DNA of 64,000 nucleotides from Malacoraja senta (lineage: Eukaryota): positions 992,001 to 1,056,000 of the forward strand of contig CM075998.1 in NCBI GenBank assembly GCA_038087875.1. Reading direction: 5' to 3'. Both the position numbers and the translations under genes were made by a program. Of the stretch, positions 39,935 through 53,772 are shown piece by piece. The notes under the pieces are model-generated. The model had not been told where the DNA came from. It saw only the letters and a program-made list of their open reading frames with translations, and ran no database searches. The first letter of the stretch is position 1; each line of letters opens with the position of its first letter.

Positions 39935-40445
39935 AGCTAACCATCTAACCCTCTCTTACATTCCTAAAGCTGCCCTGCCTCTAATTATGCCACAGCCCTA
40001 CACATTCATTTTATAGTTGCTGCTAAACCTATTAACCAGGAAGTCTTTCGCATGTGAGTTGAAACCGGAGCACCTGAGGGGAAACCCACATATTCATTGA
40101 GAACATTCAACTCCACATTGACATTACCCAAACTTAGGTTGCCGGTTCATGATATAGTTGCTGTTGTCTGTCTTTCCATGCAGCTTTTTCTATTGAAGTG
40201 ACATTTTCTTTGTAATTTCCAAGATTTAATGCATTTGTGATCCTTGTATAGTGTTTGTCGTGTGCTGCAAGGTGTTATATTAGCTTGGCCTTGGTTGGCA
40301 TAGCTCTGATCAAATGAGTCAAAATTAATATTCTGGAATGTTAATATTCTATTTCAGTTTAGTTTATTGTCACATTACCGAGGTACAGTGAAAAGCTTTT
40401 GTTGCATACTTACTGATCAGTGGGAAGACAACACATGATTACAAG

Positions 40446-40787
40446 AAGGTACACAAAAATGCTGGAGAAACTTTGCGGGTGCAGCAGCATCTATGGAGCG
40501 AAGGAAATAGGCAACGTTTCGGGCCGAAACCCTTCTTCAGACTGATAGGGGGTGGGGAGAAGAAAGGAAAAAGGCGGAGAAGGAGCCCGAGGGCTGAGGG
40601 ATGGGAGGAGACAACCAGAGGGCTGAGGAAGGGGAGGAGACAGCAAGGGCTAGCACAATTGGTAGAATTCAATGTTCATGCCCCCAGGATGCAGACTGCC
40701 CATGAGGTGCATTTCCTCCAATTTCCGGTGTTGCTCGCTGTGGCCATGGAGGAGACCCATGACAGAGAGGTCGGATACGGAATGGGA
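40446..40787 (-). mobile_element. Penelope pLTR copy
   Basis: Near-identical to the 4.3-4.7 kb copy; motif at 40513-40540. Confidence 0.8.
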
Positions 40788-43700
40788 TAGTAGTTCAGGA
40801 CTGCCCTCTAGTTGTGGTAGGATGGTTCAGTTGCCTGATAACGGCTGGGAAGAAACTATCCTGAATCTAGAGGTGTGCATTTTCACACTATACCTTTTGC
40901 CGGATGTGAGGTGTGTCATATAAATTCTGTTTCTGTGTCAGATGGGTAGGTTGTAGGCAAAGTTGATTGGAGACAATTTGGGGTCTTATCGTCTGAGTGC
41001 TCATGATCTGCAAATGTGATCTTATGAACAACATATGCTTGTAGTCTGTTAATTAGTTACATGTTTACCTCCCTTTCTGGAAATGTGGCGTGGCAGAGAC
41101 TAGAAATCAAAATGGGATCGGTATCAAGTGCATTTTGTTTTGTTGACATCAAATAGATTCTATGCAGTCAAATTCGGCCAAGTTTTCAGAATGACTTCCT
41201 CTTATTGTGCTGCAAATATATGACACATGGAAGACCTCACAGCCAGTTGGGCTGCTAGCGCACAGTTCCAACAATCTGGGTTTGGTCCTGACATCTGGTT
41301 CTGTCTGTGGAGTTTGCATGCTTCCCTGCAACTACGTTCGTTTCCCCAGGTGCCTGAGGGAACTTAATGGCAAATGTTGATGAATAGAATTGAATAGGTG
41401 TGAATGGGTGCTTGATGGTTGGTATGGACTTTGAGTTGAAGGGCCAGTTTCCTTCATAGCCCTCGATGTAATAAACAGGTCTTTATTTGTATTTGCCCAA
41501 AATCTCCCTTGCAATTATATTTGTGCCTGCATACCTGGGAAAAAATGCACAAAATCCAAGTTGATTAAATGGCAGTTGATTTGATGAAAAATTGAAATTC
41601 CTGAACACATCACACAATGGCCTGGTCATCTTGGCACCTATACACATTGCTTGAAATCAGTAATTGTAATTGTCAAAAATGCAAAATTGAAGTCAATTAG
41701 TGGCAATTGTAACTAGCAGTAGTTGCTGCATTCTGTACAAGAAGCCCCCCCATTTCAACTCCACCAAATCCTTAAACAGATCTCCTGGGGAAAAGTATCC
41801 TAACTAGATTGTCTTTACTTCATTGTCCTTAGCTTACAGGTTATAGGAGTAGAATTCGGCCATCTGGCCCATCGAGTCCACTCCGCCATTCAGTCATTGC
41901 TGATCTCTGCCTCCTAATACCATTTTCCTGCCTTCTCCCCATAACCCTTGACACCCGTTCTAATCAAGAATTTGTCTATCTCTGCCTTAAATATCCACTG
42001 ACTTGGCCTCCACAGCCGTAGCTGTTGGTTTCTTTTTTTGTAGCAATCTTATCATTTCTTTCCGTGCCATGATTCTGCATGCTGTTACTTTAATCAAAAG
42101 TCCACAAGAATAACAAGGCCCTTTCACAATTCAAGTATCTTTTTTTCTACCCCACGTTGTTAACCAGCAGCTTTGTGCTTTAATAAACTAATAACGTGAG
42201 ACCTGATAATGCTCCCTATTTCTAGTGCAATGTTCTTCACAGATTTCCAATGCAATTTTGCTGATGTAACAGTGATAGTAAAATTTTTGAACATTTGCTG
42301 ATTTGTCCATCCTGTATTTTTTTCCAGTGTGGATTTAGGAAACATTTTGATGTTTGCTCATTCGCATTGTTTCACTGTTCTGAGATGTATGATCAAAGCC
42401 TATTCCTCACAATATTCTAGTTTTTTTTAACTTCTACCAGAATATCCATAGCTCATCAAAGCATAAATTGGAAAAATTGAATATCAATGTGTTAATTAGA
42501 GCCATTGTGTCTGAACCATCACCTTAATTGATATGTATGCATATCTGTAAGTAATTGGGTAGTGATTTGAAGTGGCAGTATTGGCAAGTAAACTGCAAAG
42601 ATAGGGAACAGATTTTCATGCATGCTGTATGGCCACTTGAACTTTTAAGTATTGTATCAAGATTGATTAAAAGGGAAGATTTGCTCAATAGAAGTTGCAT
42701 TTTTACATCTTCCAGATGAGACCGGTCCAGTGGTCTCTGTATATGAAAGTTTATTTTGCAGTGAGTACTGAATCTGTGGATTGGTAATCTTGATATTAAG
42801 CTATTCTTTAATGCATACCATACTTGTAATTAGAGGCAGTTGCACAAAATCCTCTGGTTGCCCTGAGCATTTGTACATTTTCCATCAATAAAACCACTCT
42901 TGTGTCTTGTGCTGTTGCCTCTGATTTTGTACATTTTAATTATCAATTTCTCTTGATTTTGCTGAATGGTTCTTGCTAGGCTACGTTTCACCAGTGGCTG
43001 ATATTGGATATTATCCAGTTGACCATTGTTCATTAGCAGGCTTCAATAAGTCAGCAGATCTGTTGCTGCTGATTCTTTTGGGTCACTGGTTAATGATGGA
43101 GCACACAAATCTGAGGTTTTTCTGTTAGAAACAGCCAATTTCATGGAATTGGGGGGGGCTTTTCAATTGTTTACAGTTTTCTTTGGCGTGCGTGCCAGTG
43201 GGAAATAATATCTTCTAAACCTGTACTTGTTTTGATTATAAAGCCTGGAGTCTTTGGAATTTTCTCCATTCTTCCTGCACCTCTGCCAAATTAAAAGAAA
43301 AAAAAATTAATCGGCTCTATTAATTGGCTTGCTCTTAGCTGCTATAACAGCTTAACATTTTGCATGGATGTCCTTGGCTTCTGTGATAGTATAGTGCCAA
43401 AACTGCAGAAAATTTTACCTGCGTTGAAGTCTTGGTTTCTGAAGGAAACTTTGTGTCTAAAAGAAGACAACAGATTAGTGCTGAAGCACTGGATCATTTC
43501 ATTGATGAGAGAGAAGTACAGATGGGGAGGTTACTAGGTAAATGACCGATAAATGCAACAAGAAAATATTAATTTTGTGACTTTAACTATCACAAATTAT
43601 TGCTTTGATATCATTGTATGAAAATAGGTGGATGGTTGACCAGCAAAAATGTCAGTCATTGGAGCTAGGAGTTAGAAATGGGCACCTGTTCTTTCAGACA

Positions 43701-43833
43701 ATTTTCATTATGTAGCAGAAAGCAACAGTTTATAATGGGAACAGGAAATAGATTTTCATTATTATACTTTTTCCCTGGTGTAATTTTGTACTTCAAATTT
43801 TGGTGGTGATATAATGCCAAAAACAATGATGTA

Positions 43834-44756
43834 CAGTGCCCTCCATAATGTTTGGGACAAAGACTCGTCGTTTGTTTATTTGCCTCTGTACTCCACAATT
43901 TGAGATATGTAACAGGAAAAAAATCACATATGGTTAAACTGCACATTGTCAGATTTTATTAAAAGGTATTTTTAAAAATACATTTTGGTCTCACCATGTA
44001 GAAATTACAGCAGTGCCCCCCCCCCCCCCTCATTTCAGGGCACCATAATGTTTGGGACACATGGCTCCTGGTTTAATTGCCTCCTTAATGCAGGTATAAG
44101 AGAACTGTCAGCACCTAGTCTTTCCTCCAGTCATTCCATCACCTTTGGAAACTTTTATTGCTGTTTATTACATCCTATCTGCTCAAGTTAAAACATGCCT
44201 CAAAACTCATTGGCTGGCAGTTCATTCTACAGCAAGACAATGACCCCAAACATACTGCTAAAGCAACAAAGGTGTTTTTCAAAACTAAAAATGGTAAATT
44301 CCTGCGTGACTAAGTCAATCACCCGATCAGACCCCAATTGAGCATGTTTTCTATATGCTGAAGAGAAAACTGAAGGGGAATAGCACCCAAAACAAGCATA
44401 AGCTAAAGATGGCTTCAATACAGGTCTGGCAGAGCATCACCAGAAAAGACACCCAGCAACTGGTGATGTCCATGCAAAGGATATGCAACAAAATACTAAA
44501 CATCACTACTTTCATTTACATGACATCGCTGTGTCCCAATCATTATGGTGCCCTGAAATGGGGGTGACTATGTATAAACACTGCTGTAATTTCTACATGG
44601 TGAAACCAAAATGTATAAAAATGGCCTTGATTAAAATCTGACAATGTGCACTTTAACCACATGTGATTTTTTTTCTATTACAAATCTTAAATTGTGGAGT
44701 ACAGAGGCAAATAAATAAATGAAGGGTCATTGTCCCAAACATTATGGAGGGCACTG
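43834..44756 (+). mobile_element. Internally deleted Tc1/mariner IR/DR element
   Basis: ~230-bp TIRs starting CAGTGCCCTCCATAATGTTTGGGACA after TA, with inner direct repeats at ~44040 and ~44535. Transposase remnant FILQQDNDPKHTAKAT...SPDQTPIEHVFYMLKRKL (DD34E region). Confidence 0.92.
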
Positions 44757-45378
44757 TGGATGACACCCTTGGATAAAGTGTTGCCATTATCTTTTACCTT
44801 TTTTTCCTATTGCCCCGTGTGCAAGTTATTTTGCTATTCTGTTGCCCAGGATCTTAGTTTATTATCTCAGTTGTGGGGGCCTAAGTGGTGTTTGCAAGCA
44901 AAAGTAAATTTCACAAATTATTCCTTAATGGTGTGGTTAACTTCTGTTGTAGGGTAATAGGTACTTTATAGCAAATGCTACATTGAATCACCTGCTTCTG
45001 AGGGGAGGCCAAATATTTTGAGTGCCCCATCCCAACACTCTGGGTCCAATACAAATGGGAAACGTAGATCAATTTGGACATCTTGTGCTGATATCACTGA
45101 ACAAGACACCGTGTAAAATTAGTACTCGATTTCCTCCATTCCCTTAAGATATTCTCCTTTTTCTATTGCTCCTTTTGTTTTGCTTGTGTGCTCCCTGTCC
45201 CTATCTGAATAGTTTGAAGCATCTGACCTGGCTTGCTTTTTCTTTCACTAGCAAAACCCAGAGACTAAACTGGCATCACTCTATTAGAATGTAAATACTT
45301 TTTGCATGCGGCTTTAAAACTTGTAGCTTTTTTTTCACACAAACTTTGTGGTTGTTTTCGCTCCCATGATACTTTTAG

Positions 45379-45495
45379 GCAGCCAGCTGCTACTGCAAAG
45401 TGGTATGACCGAAGAGACTACGTCTTTATTGAATTTTGTGTAGAAGACAGTAAGGATGTTCAAATAAATTTTGAAAAAGAGAAGTTTACATTCAG
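45379..45495 (+). CDS. PTGES3: PTGES3 exon 2 (M)QPAATAKWYDRRDYVFIEFCVEDSKDVQINFEKEKFTF(S)
   Basis: ttttag|...AG|gtacgt; p23 CS domain. Confidence 0.98.
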
Positions 45496-48400
45496 GTACG
45501 TAGTAGATATTCAATCGCATTTATGTCAAATTGTCTTTCGTAAATTTAGGGGCAGTTGTTTTTGTATCTTAAAATTCAATCTGAAAATAATCTAGGCTCT
45601 AGTAGCTGTGATGCTTTTCTCGTAGCACTGTTCATAATCTGAGTGTTTTATAGTTGAGTGGAATTTTTCATTACTGAAGTGTGTCTGAATGCCTGTGATT
45701 CTATTGAGATTTTGGTCACATTGTGACAGTGTGACTCCACACACCATTCCCCCCCCCCCCCCCCCCCCCCCCAAATATTTTATTGCTGGAGTTTTCAATC
45801 TTTAAGTCTTCCTATTTTGGAACATTAACTGTTAACTTTTGCCAGCAAAATGTTCTTATCATTTGGTCATCGTGGACATCTTGGCACAGCGCAAGATTCT
45901 TGTGCAGTCAGCACTAAATGTAATTTGCGTGTATCTTTGTCTTCTTTTCCATTTCTATTTTATTTAGATTTCCCTATGCCACGTACTGTTGCTCAGCTAA
46001 GTAGGCAAACCAGTAATATTCTTGTACTGTGTGCCAAGTAGTATGTACCCCTCTTTCAAATATTTTTCTCTTTTGTGTGGATGTGCTTAGTTATTCCTTT
46101 GTATAGGTTGATTGGCAAACCACTGTGGAGAATCTGAATTTGCACCTTGCTACTCTAAAAGCGCAAAACATGGAATACTAAACTTGTATACCACGATACT
46201 GACATTTCTCTCGTATTCTTACAGAAAGGTGGAAATATTGCAGATTGCATTATAATTTAGGAGCTTGGAATAGAATGTGAGGCTACGGGGGAAATGGGCC
46301 TCTTTGTTTTTTCAGTAAATATCATTAGTGTTGCATTCTGGGTCTGTTGATTGGGGGTTATTTGAGCTGAGCACAAGTTCTAACGTTTGCTATGGATTCT
46401 CTGCTTCCAGGTAATTTGAGATTGGAGATTATTGTTAAACTTGGAAATTTGCAGCCATAACTGTTATTGTCACGGTAATCAATGGGAATAACAGTTCTGC
46501 ATGTTGTTATGTGCCAGTTTATAATGGCTTGAGGTTTGCAGGGAATTACTGTTAAATTTTCCAAATGGAAATGCACAGTGTTGCTTAACTGACCGAACAG
46601 TTTTTGTTTGATTGCTGTTTCCACTTTAAAGCTAGTGCAGGCTATGCTTGTCATTGTTGTTGACTGATTAAGAGACTTTCTTGAAGTTCACCACTTTGAA
46701 CACTAGGTTACTGACCCTATTTTGATAGTCCTCTGGCACTCTTGGTATCTTAATTTAACTGCAGAGTTGAGCTTTAAATCCAGGCTTCTCATTGTGCCCA
46801 TCAGCTGCAGTCACCAAATGAGGAAAACATCAGCCTAGCTGCCTGACTCACTCAAAAAAAGGTGGTGAACCTGGGCACATTTTTTTGCAACGTGGTATGA
46901 TCTTGCAGCATTTGTGTTTTCTGATCCCCTGGAAAACCACAGTCTACGTATTTAATGTACGTTGAAAATCATCTAATTTTAGTCCAAGTGGAATCAAGGT
47001 ACAGCATACCAAACATCAACATCTGCCCTAACTTCCGACTGTGATTGTTTCTGGTGTGCACTCCAGTTCCAGTTAAAGTGTCAGTGCATTTGATGCATTG
47101 AGTATATGAAGATGGTGACCAGATCAGTAAGTAAAGTCTTGGCATATACCTTGAGCTACACAAGGTTATAAAACAACATATTTGCGCAAAAGCCTGCAAT
47201 TTTGTTTTCACAGTCCTGAATCGACCTGCAGTTGTTATAGTAAAAACTAGAAACCAAATCTGGAGCTTTGTATTTCTGTACATTTCCTTAACAAATTGAG
47301 CAGTGAGATTGTCTGCAGTTGGCTATGAGAAACCTGCACATTGACAGTTAGCAGTACCAAGCACGGTGTAGGAGTACTTAAGGTTCTTGAGCGCCAGTAG
47401 TCTTTTTCTCATTCATCTTCTGGAGGTCTCAACTTTTAGAGGTGCTTTTAAAATAACCTACATTGTAATTTGGTGGATTTACATAAATGAAACTGGAAAT
47501 CTTTTAAATTTAAACTAAATTCACTGAATGTGCTCTGCTTGCTTCCACTTCTTTAAAATGTGTTTTATAATGGAAGTTTGGCTTGACCATTAAATACAGT
47601 GATTAGTATGGCATTAAACCATGCTGAATGTAAATGTTCCCAAGGATCACCTGTCCCAGAGGAGGTGACATCTCAGATGACCACCAGTCCACTAAGAAGG
47701 GAGAACCTGCCATGGTTTTATTGTGGCAAGCTCCTAATGAAAACTTTTGACCAGTCTGTGTGTTAACATTGAATCAGAGGGTTTAGGGTTAGCTGTGCTA
47801 TTACCTTAATTTTCTCAAGAAGTTAAACTGAGCGATGCCAGATGAAAAAAAAACTCATGTTTTTATTTGTAGATGTTGCCTGAGCTGAGGGCATCTTTGT
47901 AATTTAGGCTTTTATCAAAACAAAGCATTGCAAATGAAAAACATTTAAATTAAATAAGGGTAATTAAGAAAAATGTCATAAAATTGGGAATGCATGAAGA
48001 CCATCAGGAGGCGGATAGCTGAGGAAAGATACTCGGGATAGGATGCACACCATCTTGTAAGCATAATCTATTTATTAATTCCCTGGTTCCTAAATAAATA
48101 TATGAAATGAAAAAAGATGATAGAAATACTTGCACAGGATTTAAGAGAGAAAATATTAAAATGTTCGGCCAATAACCTTTTCCACACTGATATTTTAACT
48201 GTTTCTCTCCAGTACTTTTGGTGTCCTGCAGTGTGTAATGTTCAGCTTCTTTGAAATATTAAAAGTAATATGTAATAGATATCAGTGGGGTGGGGAAGAT
48301 AATTTAAGGAACAAGTGTGTAGGGCTTATACACTGAGACAGAGTGGAGCTTTTGAACACCTTGCCTATCTGGTTCCTTAAAAGGGTTTATACCTGAAAGC

Positions 48401-48612
48401 AAGATGACATCAAACAATGGGGTGGATGCTTTCTTTCCAGCGGTACGTCTATTGATCCAGGATTTTGCGTACTGATAAATGACTTTTTAAAGAACTGCGT
48501 CAGAATATATGGCATGATATATTTTAAAAGTCTATTGTTTTTTGGCATTTAATATTTGAGAACATGGTATTGAAATTCACTTTTTTTTGTATGGCATCTC
48601 TTTTCATTGTAG

Positions 48613-48682
48613 CTGTCTTGGAGGAGCTGAGAACGTAAAGCATTTTAATGAAGTTAATCTTTTTAATGCAATTGACCCAAAT
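48613..48682 (+). CDS. PTGES3: PTGES3 exon 3 CLGGAENVKHFNEVNLFNAIDPN
   Basis: ttgtag|...AAT|gtaagt, 70 nt. Confidence 0.96.
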
Positions 48683-49002
48683 GTAAGTATTGGACAATAA
48701 ATGAACCAGATAAGTAATATCCTCTACTACTTTGGTCATGCTTGTGCCAACGCTTGGCTAAGAAACAATGTTAATGATCAATATTGAATTCTATCAGTGG
48801 AGTCGTTCATTTTTCCACTAAAAATGCAATAGTGGTTCTCTGTCCCTTTGGCAAAGTGTAGTTGAATTATTTGTTAAATCCTTGTGGTATTGAAATTCTC
48901 ATTTGGGGGCTGGAGAGTAGATTTATTTACAATTTACTGGGAGAATAGTTGCTGCAATGTATGAATCTGTATAATACTGGTCAATGTTGTTCCTTTGTGT
49001 AG

Positions 49003-49101
49003 GATTCCAGACACAAGCGGACAGACAGATCTGTCTTGTGCTCTTTACGAAAAGGAGACTCTGGTCAAAAATGGCCACGGTTAACCAAAGAGACACCAAA
49101 G
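49003..49101 (+). CDS. PTGES3: PTGES3 exon 4 DSRHKRTDRSVLCSLRKGDSGQKWPRLTKETPK
   Basis: WPRLTKE p23 signature; canonical splice sites. Confidence 0.98.
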
Positions 49102-49181
49102 GTAACTAGGACCTTGCAATATTGTTCTAATATCCTGTTTTTTTTAAATTACTTTCAATTACTGACTGACCACTTTTGCAG

Positions 49182-49274
49182 TTGAACTGGCTCAAAGTGG
49201 ATTTCAATAACTGGAGAGATTGGGATGATGATCCAGAAGAAGAAGATCTATCCAGCTTCGAAAAGTTCTCACAG
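49182..49274 (+). CDS. PTGES3: PTGES3 exon 5 LNWLKVDFNNWRDWDDDPEEEDLSSFEKFSQ
   Basis: ttgcag|...CAG|gtaggg. Confidence 0.98.
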
Positions 49275-49807
49275 GTAGGGACATTTCATTTATGTAATTG
49301 GCTAATATATTACTGCATATGGATATATATATCCTTAAGGGGTGGTTAACGTTTGTTGAGTGAAGGGTCGGTGATCAGTTTCTGGAAAATGGATGTCTTT
49401 TGAATAAATACTTTAAGGAAGAAACTTGATATTTCAGGAAGTAAACTCCTGAAAAGTTGGATTCTTGATAAAAATTCAGCGCATGCTAAGATTTTCATTT
49501 GCGTTCCTGCTGAATTTGAGTTATTTTACTTACTTATATATTTGCTCAGCACCCCAAAGTTTGCAACGACACTATTATTTGTTCAAAAATAATCTGTCAT
49601 ATAGTAAACATTATACACAGTACAGTGGACAAAACTACATCTAAACTAAAGTGTTCCTTGCACAATGGCACTGAGAATTGTTTTTAACTTTCTGGTTTGG
49701 CAGGAAACTCCTGTTTTCTGCATGGGAATGCTTTTATTAATTAAAATTCTGATATTAAAGCGCATTGTGTTTTCTGCTTGTGTTGCATTCAGTTTCTCTA
49801 AGTAATG

Positions 49808-50007
49808 NNNNNNNNNNNNNNNNNNNNNNNNNNNNNNNNNNNNNNNNNNNNNNNNNNNNNNNNNNNNNNNNNNNNNNNNNNNNNNNNNNNNNNNNNNNNN
49901 NNNNNNNNNNNNNNNNNNNNNNNNNNNNNNNNNNNNNNNNNNNNNNNNNNNNNNNNNNNNNNNNNNNNNNNNNNNNNNNNNNNNNNNNNNNNNNNNNNNN
50001 NNNNNNN
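49808..50007. other. Assembly gap
   Basis: 200 N. Confidence 1.
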
Positions 50008-50165
50008 TATCATAGCTAAAATTAGTGAGGAATTGAAATAGGACCATTCTGGTCTGTATAAACCAGCACCACCCCATGTTTTACTAGCCCCTAGTTTAAA
50101 TGTCTATATTAATGAACTGCTTAGAATTAAGTTTAAAACAAAAAATATAAAATACATCTTTATAG

Positions 50166-50228
50166 ATGATGAACAATATGGGAGGAGATGATGATGGAGA
50201 CATCCCAGACGTTGATGGAATGGACGAT
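50166..50228 (+). CDS. PTGES3: PTGES3 exon 6 MMNNMGGDDDGDIPDVDGMDD
   Basis: ttatag|...GAT|gtaagt. Confidence 0.97.
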
Positions 50229-51635
50229 GTAAGTATGAAGATACTAGCTTAGATGAGTGTTATCTATTTTTAAATTTGTGAAATGGAAATGATTATGCAG
50301 CTGTTATAACTAAATTCTGGAGGGATCAAGTCCCTTCAGCTACTAAAGTTTGATGGCTTTCTGTTAAGTAGTGTAGATTGCATATGGTAATTCATTGATT
50401 TTGCCTTTAGAAAGGTGAGTGTCAAAAGTGACTGCTTTAACTACCTTCTGTTGCAGAAGTCATGGTCCACAGTATAGTTAACAGCAATCGTTTAAAGAAA
50501 TCAGTTGAGAGAGATTTTGACAATGCTACACTTAAAATTGAGTTGATGCAAGCCTTGGGTTTGTATATTATCAGGTTGGCCATTAGTAGTTATTTTTCAT
50601 GGAAATTTTACTTCCTCGATTGCTAACTCCAATTTTGCAGGTGTAGACAAGCCTTTGGTGCCGCTGTTATTCGTGTAAGACTGTCTGACTCTGTTTTTTG
50701 TGTATTTTCAACTCTTCCCTGCTCTCATAGCCCTTCAAATTTCAGCCATATGAAAAGTTGACATTCCTACACCAAATGATATCCGTTAGCTTGTATTGTG
50801 TTGGATTTAGATGTTACACAAAAGTAAATTAAGCTTAATGACTAGAAATCTTTCAGTTGTGATGGCAGTCATGGTTAAGTCCTATTTTGGTAACTCCATA
50901 CTTTTTCTAGCAACTGAGTCCCAGAAAGTATGTTCTAGCCAAAAACACAAATTGTTGGTATGTAAAATGAAGATGTGTGCAGTTTAAATTTTCAATGCTT
51001 CCCATAAGGCCAGATACGGGCAAGCACTGATGTGATACTCGGCAGATAGGGATGTTACAACACAGATAGACTTGGAACCAGGCCAGTGCAAGGTACATAG
51101 TCAGGTTAAGGTATAAAGTTTATAAATTTGGTGCTTATTAATCGATAATGTTCCTTAAGTAGAAAAATCGGTGCACCCCAGATTGCAGGAATTTGAGACT
51201 CAATGCTATAAATTTATACTAGAAATTGTTTTTGAAGAGAAACTAAAACACAGTATTTTTGATGTAGGTCTGTCCACTGTCTAAACAGGCAATTCATTTT
51301 CACCTATAGTGTCCCACTGGGTTCTTGTATTTGAATTTTTATTCCATCTGGATTTGCATGTGGCGACTACTACAAATGTATTAAACTGTGCCACGCTACA
51401 CCAATTTAAGTATTTTGATAATCAGGGTATGTGGATTAAGCTTCCATTTTTTTTTTCTCTACCTCAAAGTACGTCTTGCGTATTTTGCTATGGGATGTCC
51501 AATTACCGTTGTGTATTTGAGAACATATGGGACATAAATGGACAAGTTTGTCCCACTGAGGATATTTTGGTGCTATCTGTAAAGTGAAATTTGTAACATT
51601 TAGTAAATTTTTTTAATTTTTACCTTTTGCTCTAG

Positions 51636-51663
51636 GATGGGTCACAGGATAGTGATGATGAAA
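51636..51663 (+). CDS. PTGES3: PTGES3 exon 7 DGSQDSDDE(K)
   Basis: ctctag|...GAA A|gtaagt. Confidence 0.95.
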
Positions 51664-51746
51664 GTAAGTAGATTTTTGTAATTTTGTTTGAGATTTATTT
51701 TGTTTCCACTGGTACTTGGATTCTGATCTTTTTGTTTTTCTTTCAG

Positions 51747-51766
51747 AAATGCCAGATCTAGAGTAA
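51747..51766 (+). CDS. PTGES3: PTGES3 exon 8 (K)MPDLE*; total CDS 492 nt, 163 aa
   Basis: tttcag|AA ATG CCA GAT CTA GAG TAA. Confidence 0.97.
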
Positions 51767-52169
51767 ATGAATTGAGGGGAAAAGGCTTCGAGGAATTGGA
51801 AGAAACGCATTCATTAAACTGTTAATTTTTTAACAAAACAATTATAAGTTGATAGCTGTTCGGGGCAGTGAAGCATCTTTCAATCCATTTTCAACCTGTT
51901 TAAAAGGCTTTTCTAGGGGTCGATGCATACCAGAGTATTGGACAAAATTGCTTACCAATACAGGACAATATAAAGATATGCCATTATGCATATTATATGC
52001 CGGATTAAAATATGCCAGGACTTGAGCAAAAATTATTTATAGTGATCTGAATTTGTACTGACTAGCACTAAACCTTGTAGTTGGTTCCTATACAATCTAA
52101 TACTGTATTCCTTCTGTTTCAATTAAGCCACCTTAGCTAATTCTGCAGCAGTTAGGATGCTGAGGTTTT

Positions 52170-52489
52170 AATAAATTTTCAGAGTGGCTTCATCTCTTAA
52201 GAATTGGCTCAAACTATTAATGGTATTGGTTGACCCTTAAGCTTCTACATCTGTTAGTATGATGAGTGATAAAGCTGTACATTGTCGCTTGTGGATCTTA
52301 AGTGGCTGTACATTTAGATGACCAAAAGTGTATTTGCACTGTCTTGAGTATGAATGCAAGTTTTGAAAAACTGTTAATACACTATCTTTAGGATGTATTT
52401 TGTGAAATCTGCTCAGTACAAGCTGAAAACCTCAATTTATGTCAAATGCAATGGAATTTTTTTTAAGCCTACAATATCTTTCTAATAAA
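52170..52489 (+). terminator. PTGES3: PTGES3 polyadenylation signals
   Basis: AATAAA at 52170 and 52484; the second has a downstream GT/T-rich tract. Confidence 0.6.
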
Positions 52490-52660
52490 CTGTTAACACT
52501 TACACATATTGTGGGTTTTTTTAAGACAAGTGTTGCATAAATGTGTAGAATGTCTTCCTTAAAATATCTGCTCACACTGAAAAAAAGGTTATACTTGTGT
52601 TTCGTATTTATTTTTTAATTGCCTGGTAACAGCTGGGAAGAAACTGTCCCTGAATCTGGA

Positions 52661-53772
52661 GGTAGACAAAAATGCTGGAGAACCTCAGCGGGTGAGGCAG
52701 CATCTATGGAGAGAAGGAATAGGCAACGTTTCAGGTCGAGACCCGTCTTCAGGCAGATGTCGGTCGGAAGGAGGGGCAGGAAAAAGAAAGGAAGAGGCAG
52801 AGCCTGTAGGCTTGTAGGAGAGCTGGGAAGGAGGGAGAAAGCAAGGGCTATCTGAAATTTGGAGAAGTCAATGTTCATACCGCTGGGGTGTAAACTACCC
52901 AAGCGAAATATGAGGTGCTGTTCCTCCAATTTGCGACGGGCCTCACTCTGGCAATGGAGGAGGCCCAGGTCAGATTCGGAATGGGAGGGAGAGTTGAAGT
53001 GCTGAGCCACCGGGAGATCAGGTTGGTTAGTGCGAACTGAGCGGAGGTGTTGGACGAGGCGATCGCAAAGCCTGCGCTTGGTCTCGCCGATGTAGAGAAG
53101 TTGACACCTGGAACAATGGATGCAGTAGATGGGGTTGGAGGGAGGAGGTGCAGGTGAACCTCTGCCTCACCGGCAAAGACTGCTTGGGTCCTTGTATGGC
53201 GTCAAGGGGGGAGGTAAAGCGACAAGTGTAGCATTTCCTGCGGTTGCAAGGGAAATTGCCAGGTGAGGGGGTGGTTTGGGTGGGAATTGACCATGGAGTT
53301 ACGGAGGGAACGGTCTCTGTGGAAAGCAGAAAGGGGAGGAGATGGGAAGATGTGGCCAGTGGTGGGATCCCGTTGCAGCTGGCGAAAATGTCGGAGGATT
53401 ATATGTTGTATGCAACGGCTGACAGGGTGGAAGGTGAGGACAAGGGGTATAGAGGAGACCCTGGTGAGAGCCTCATCTATAATAGAAGAGGGGAGCCCCC
53501 GTTCCCTAAAGAATGACGACATCTCTGATGTTCTGGTCTGGAATACCTCATCGTGGGTGCAGATGTGGCGTAGACGGAGGAATTGGGAGTAGGGGATAGA
53601 GTCCTTACAGGAAGCAGGGTGGGAAGAAGTGTAGTCCAGATAGCCATGGGAGTCAGTGGGTTTGTAGTAGATGTCGGTCAGTACTGTTACCTGCGATAGA
53701 GATGGTGAGATCTAGAAACGGTAGGGAGATGTCTGAAATGGTCCAGGTGAATTTGAGTGTCGGATGGAAATT
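52661..53772 (-). mobile_element. Penelope-like element (RT C-terminal/linker region, GIY-YIG, pLTR) inserted in a Rex/Babar remnant
   Basis: LYIGETKRRL...VAQHFNSPSH...KLEEQHLIFRLGSLHPSGMNIDF and SSFFRERG...IPLVLTFHP; hammerhead-like motif at 52725-52752. Confidence 0.88.
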
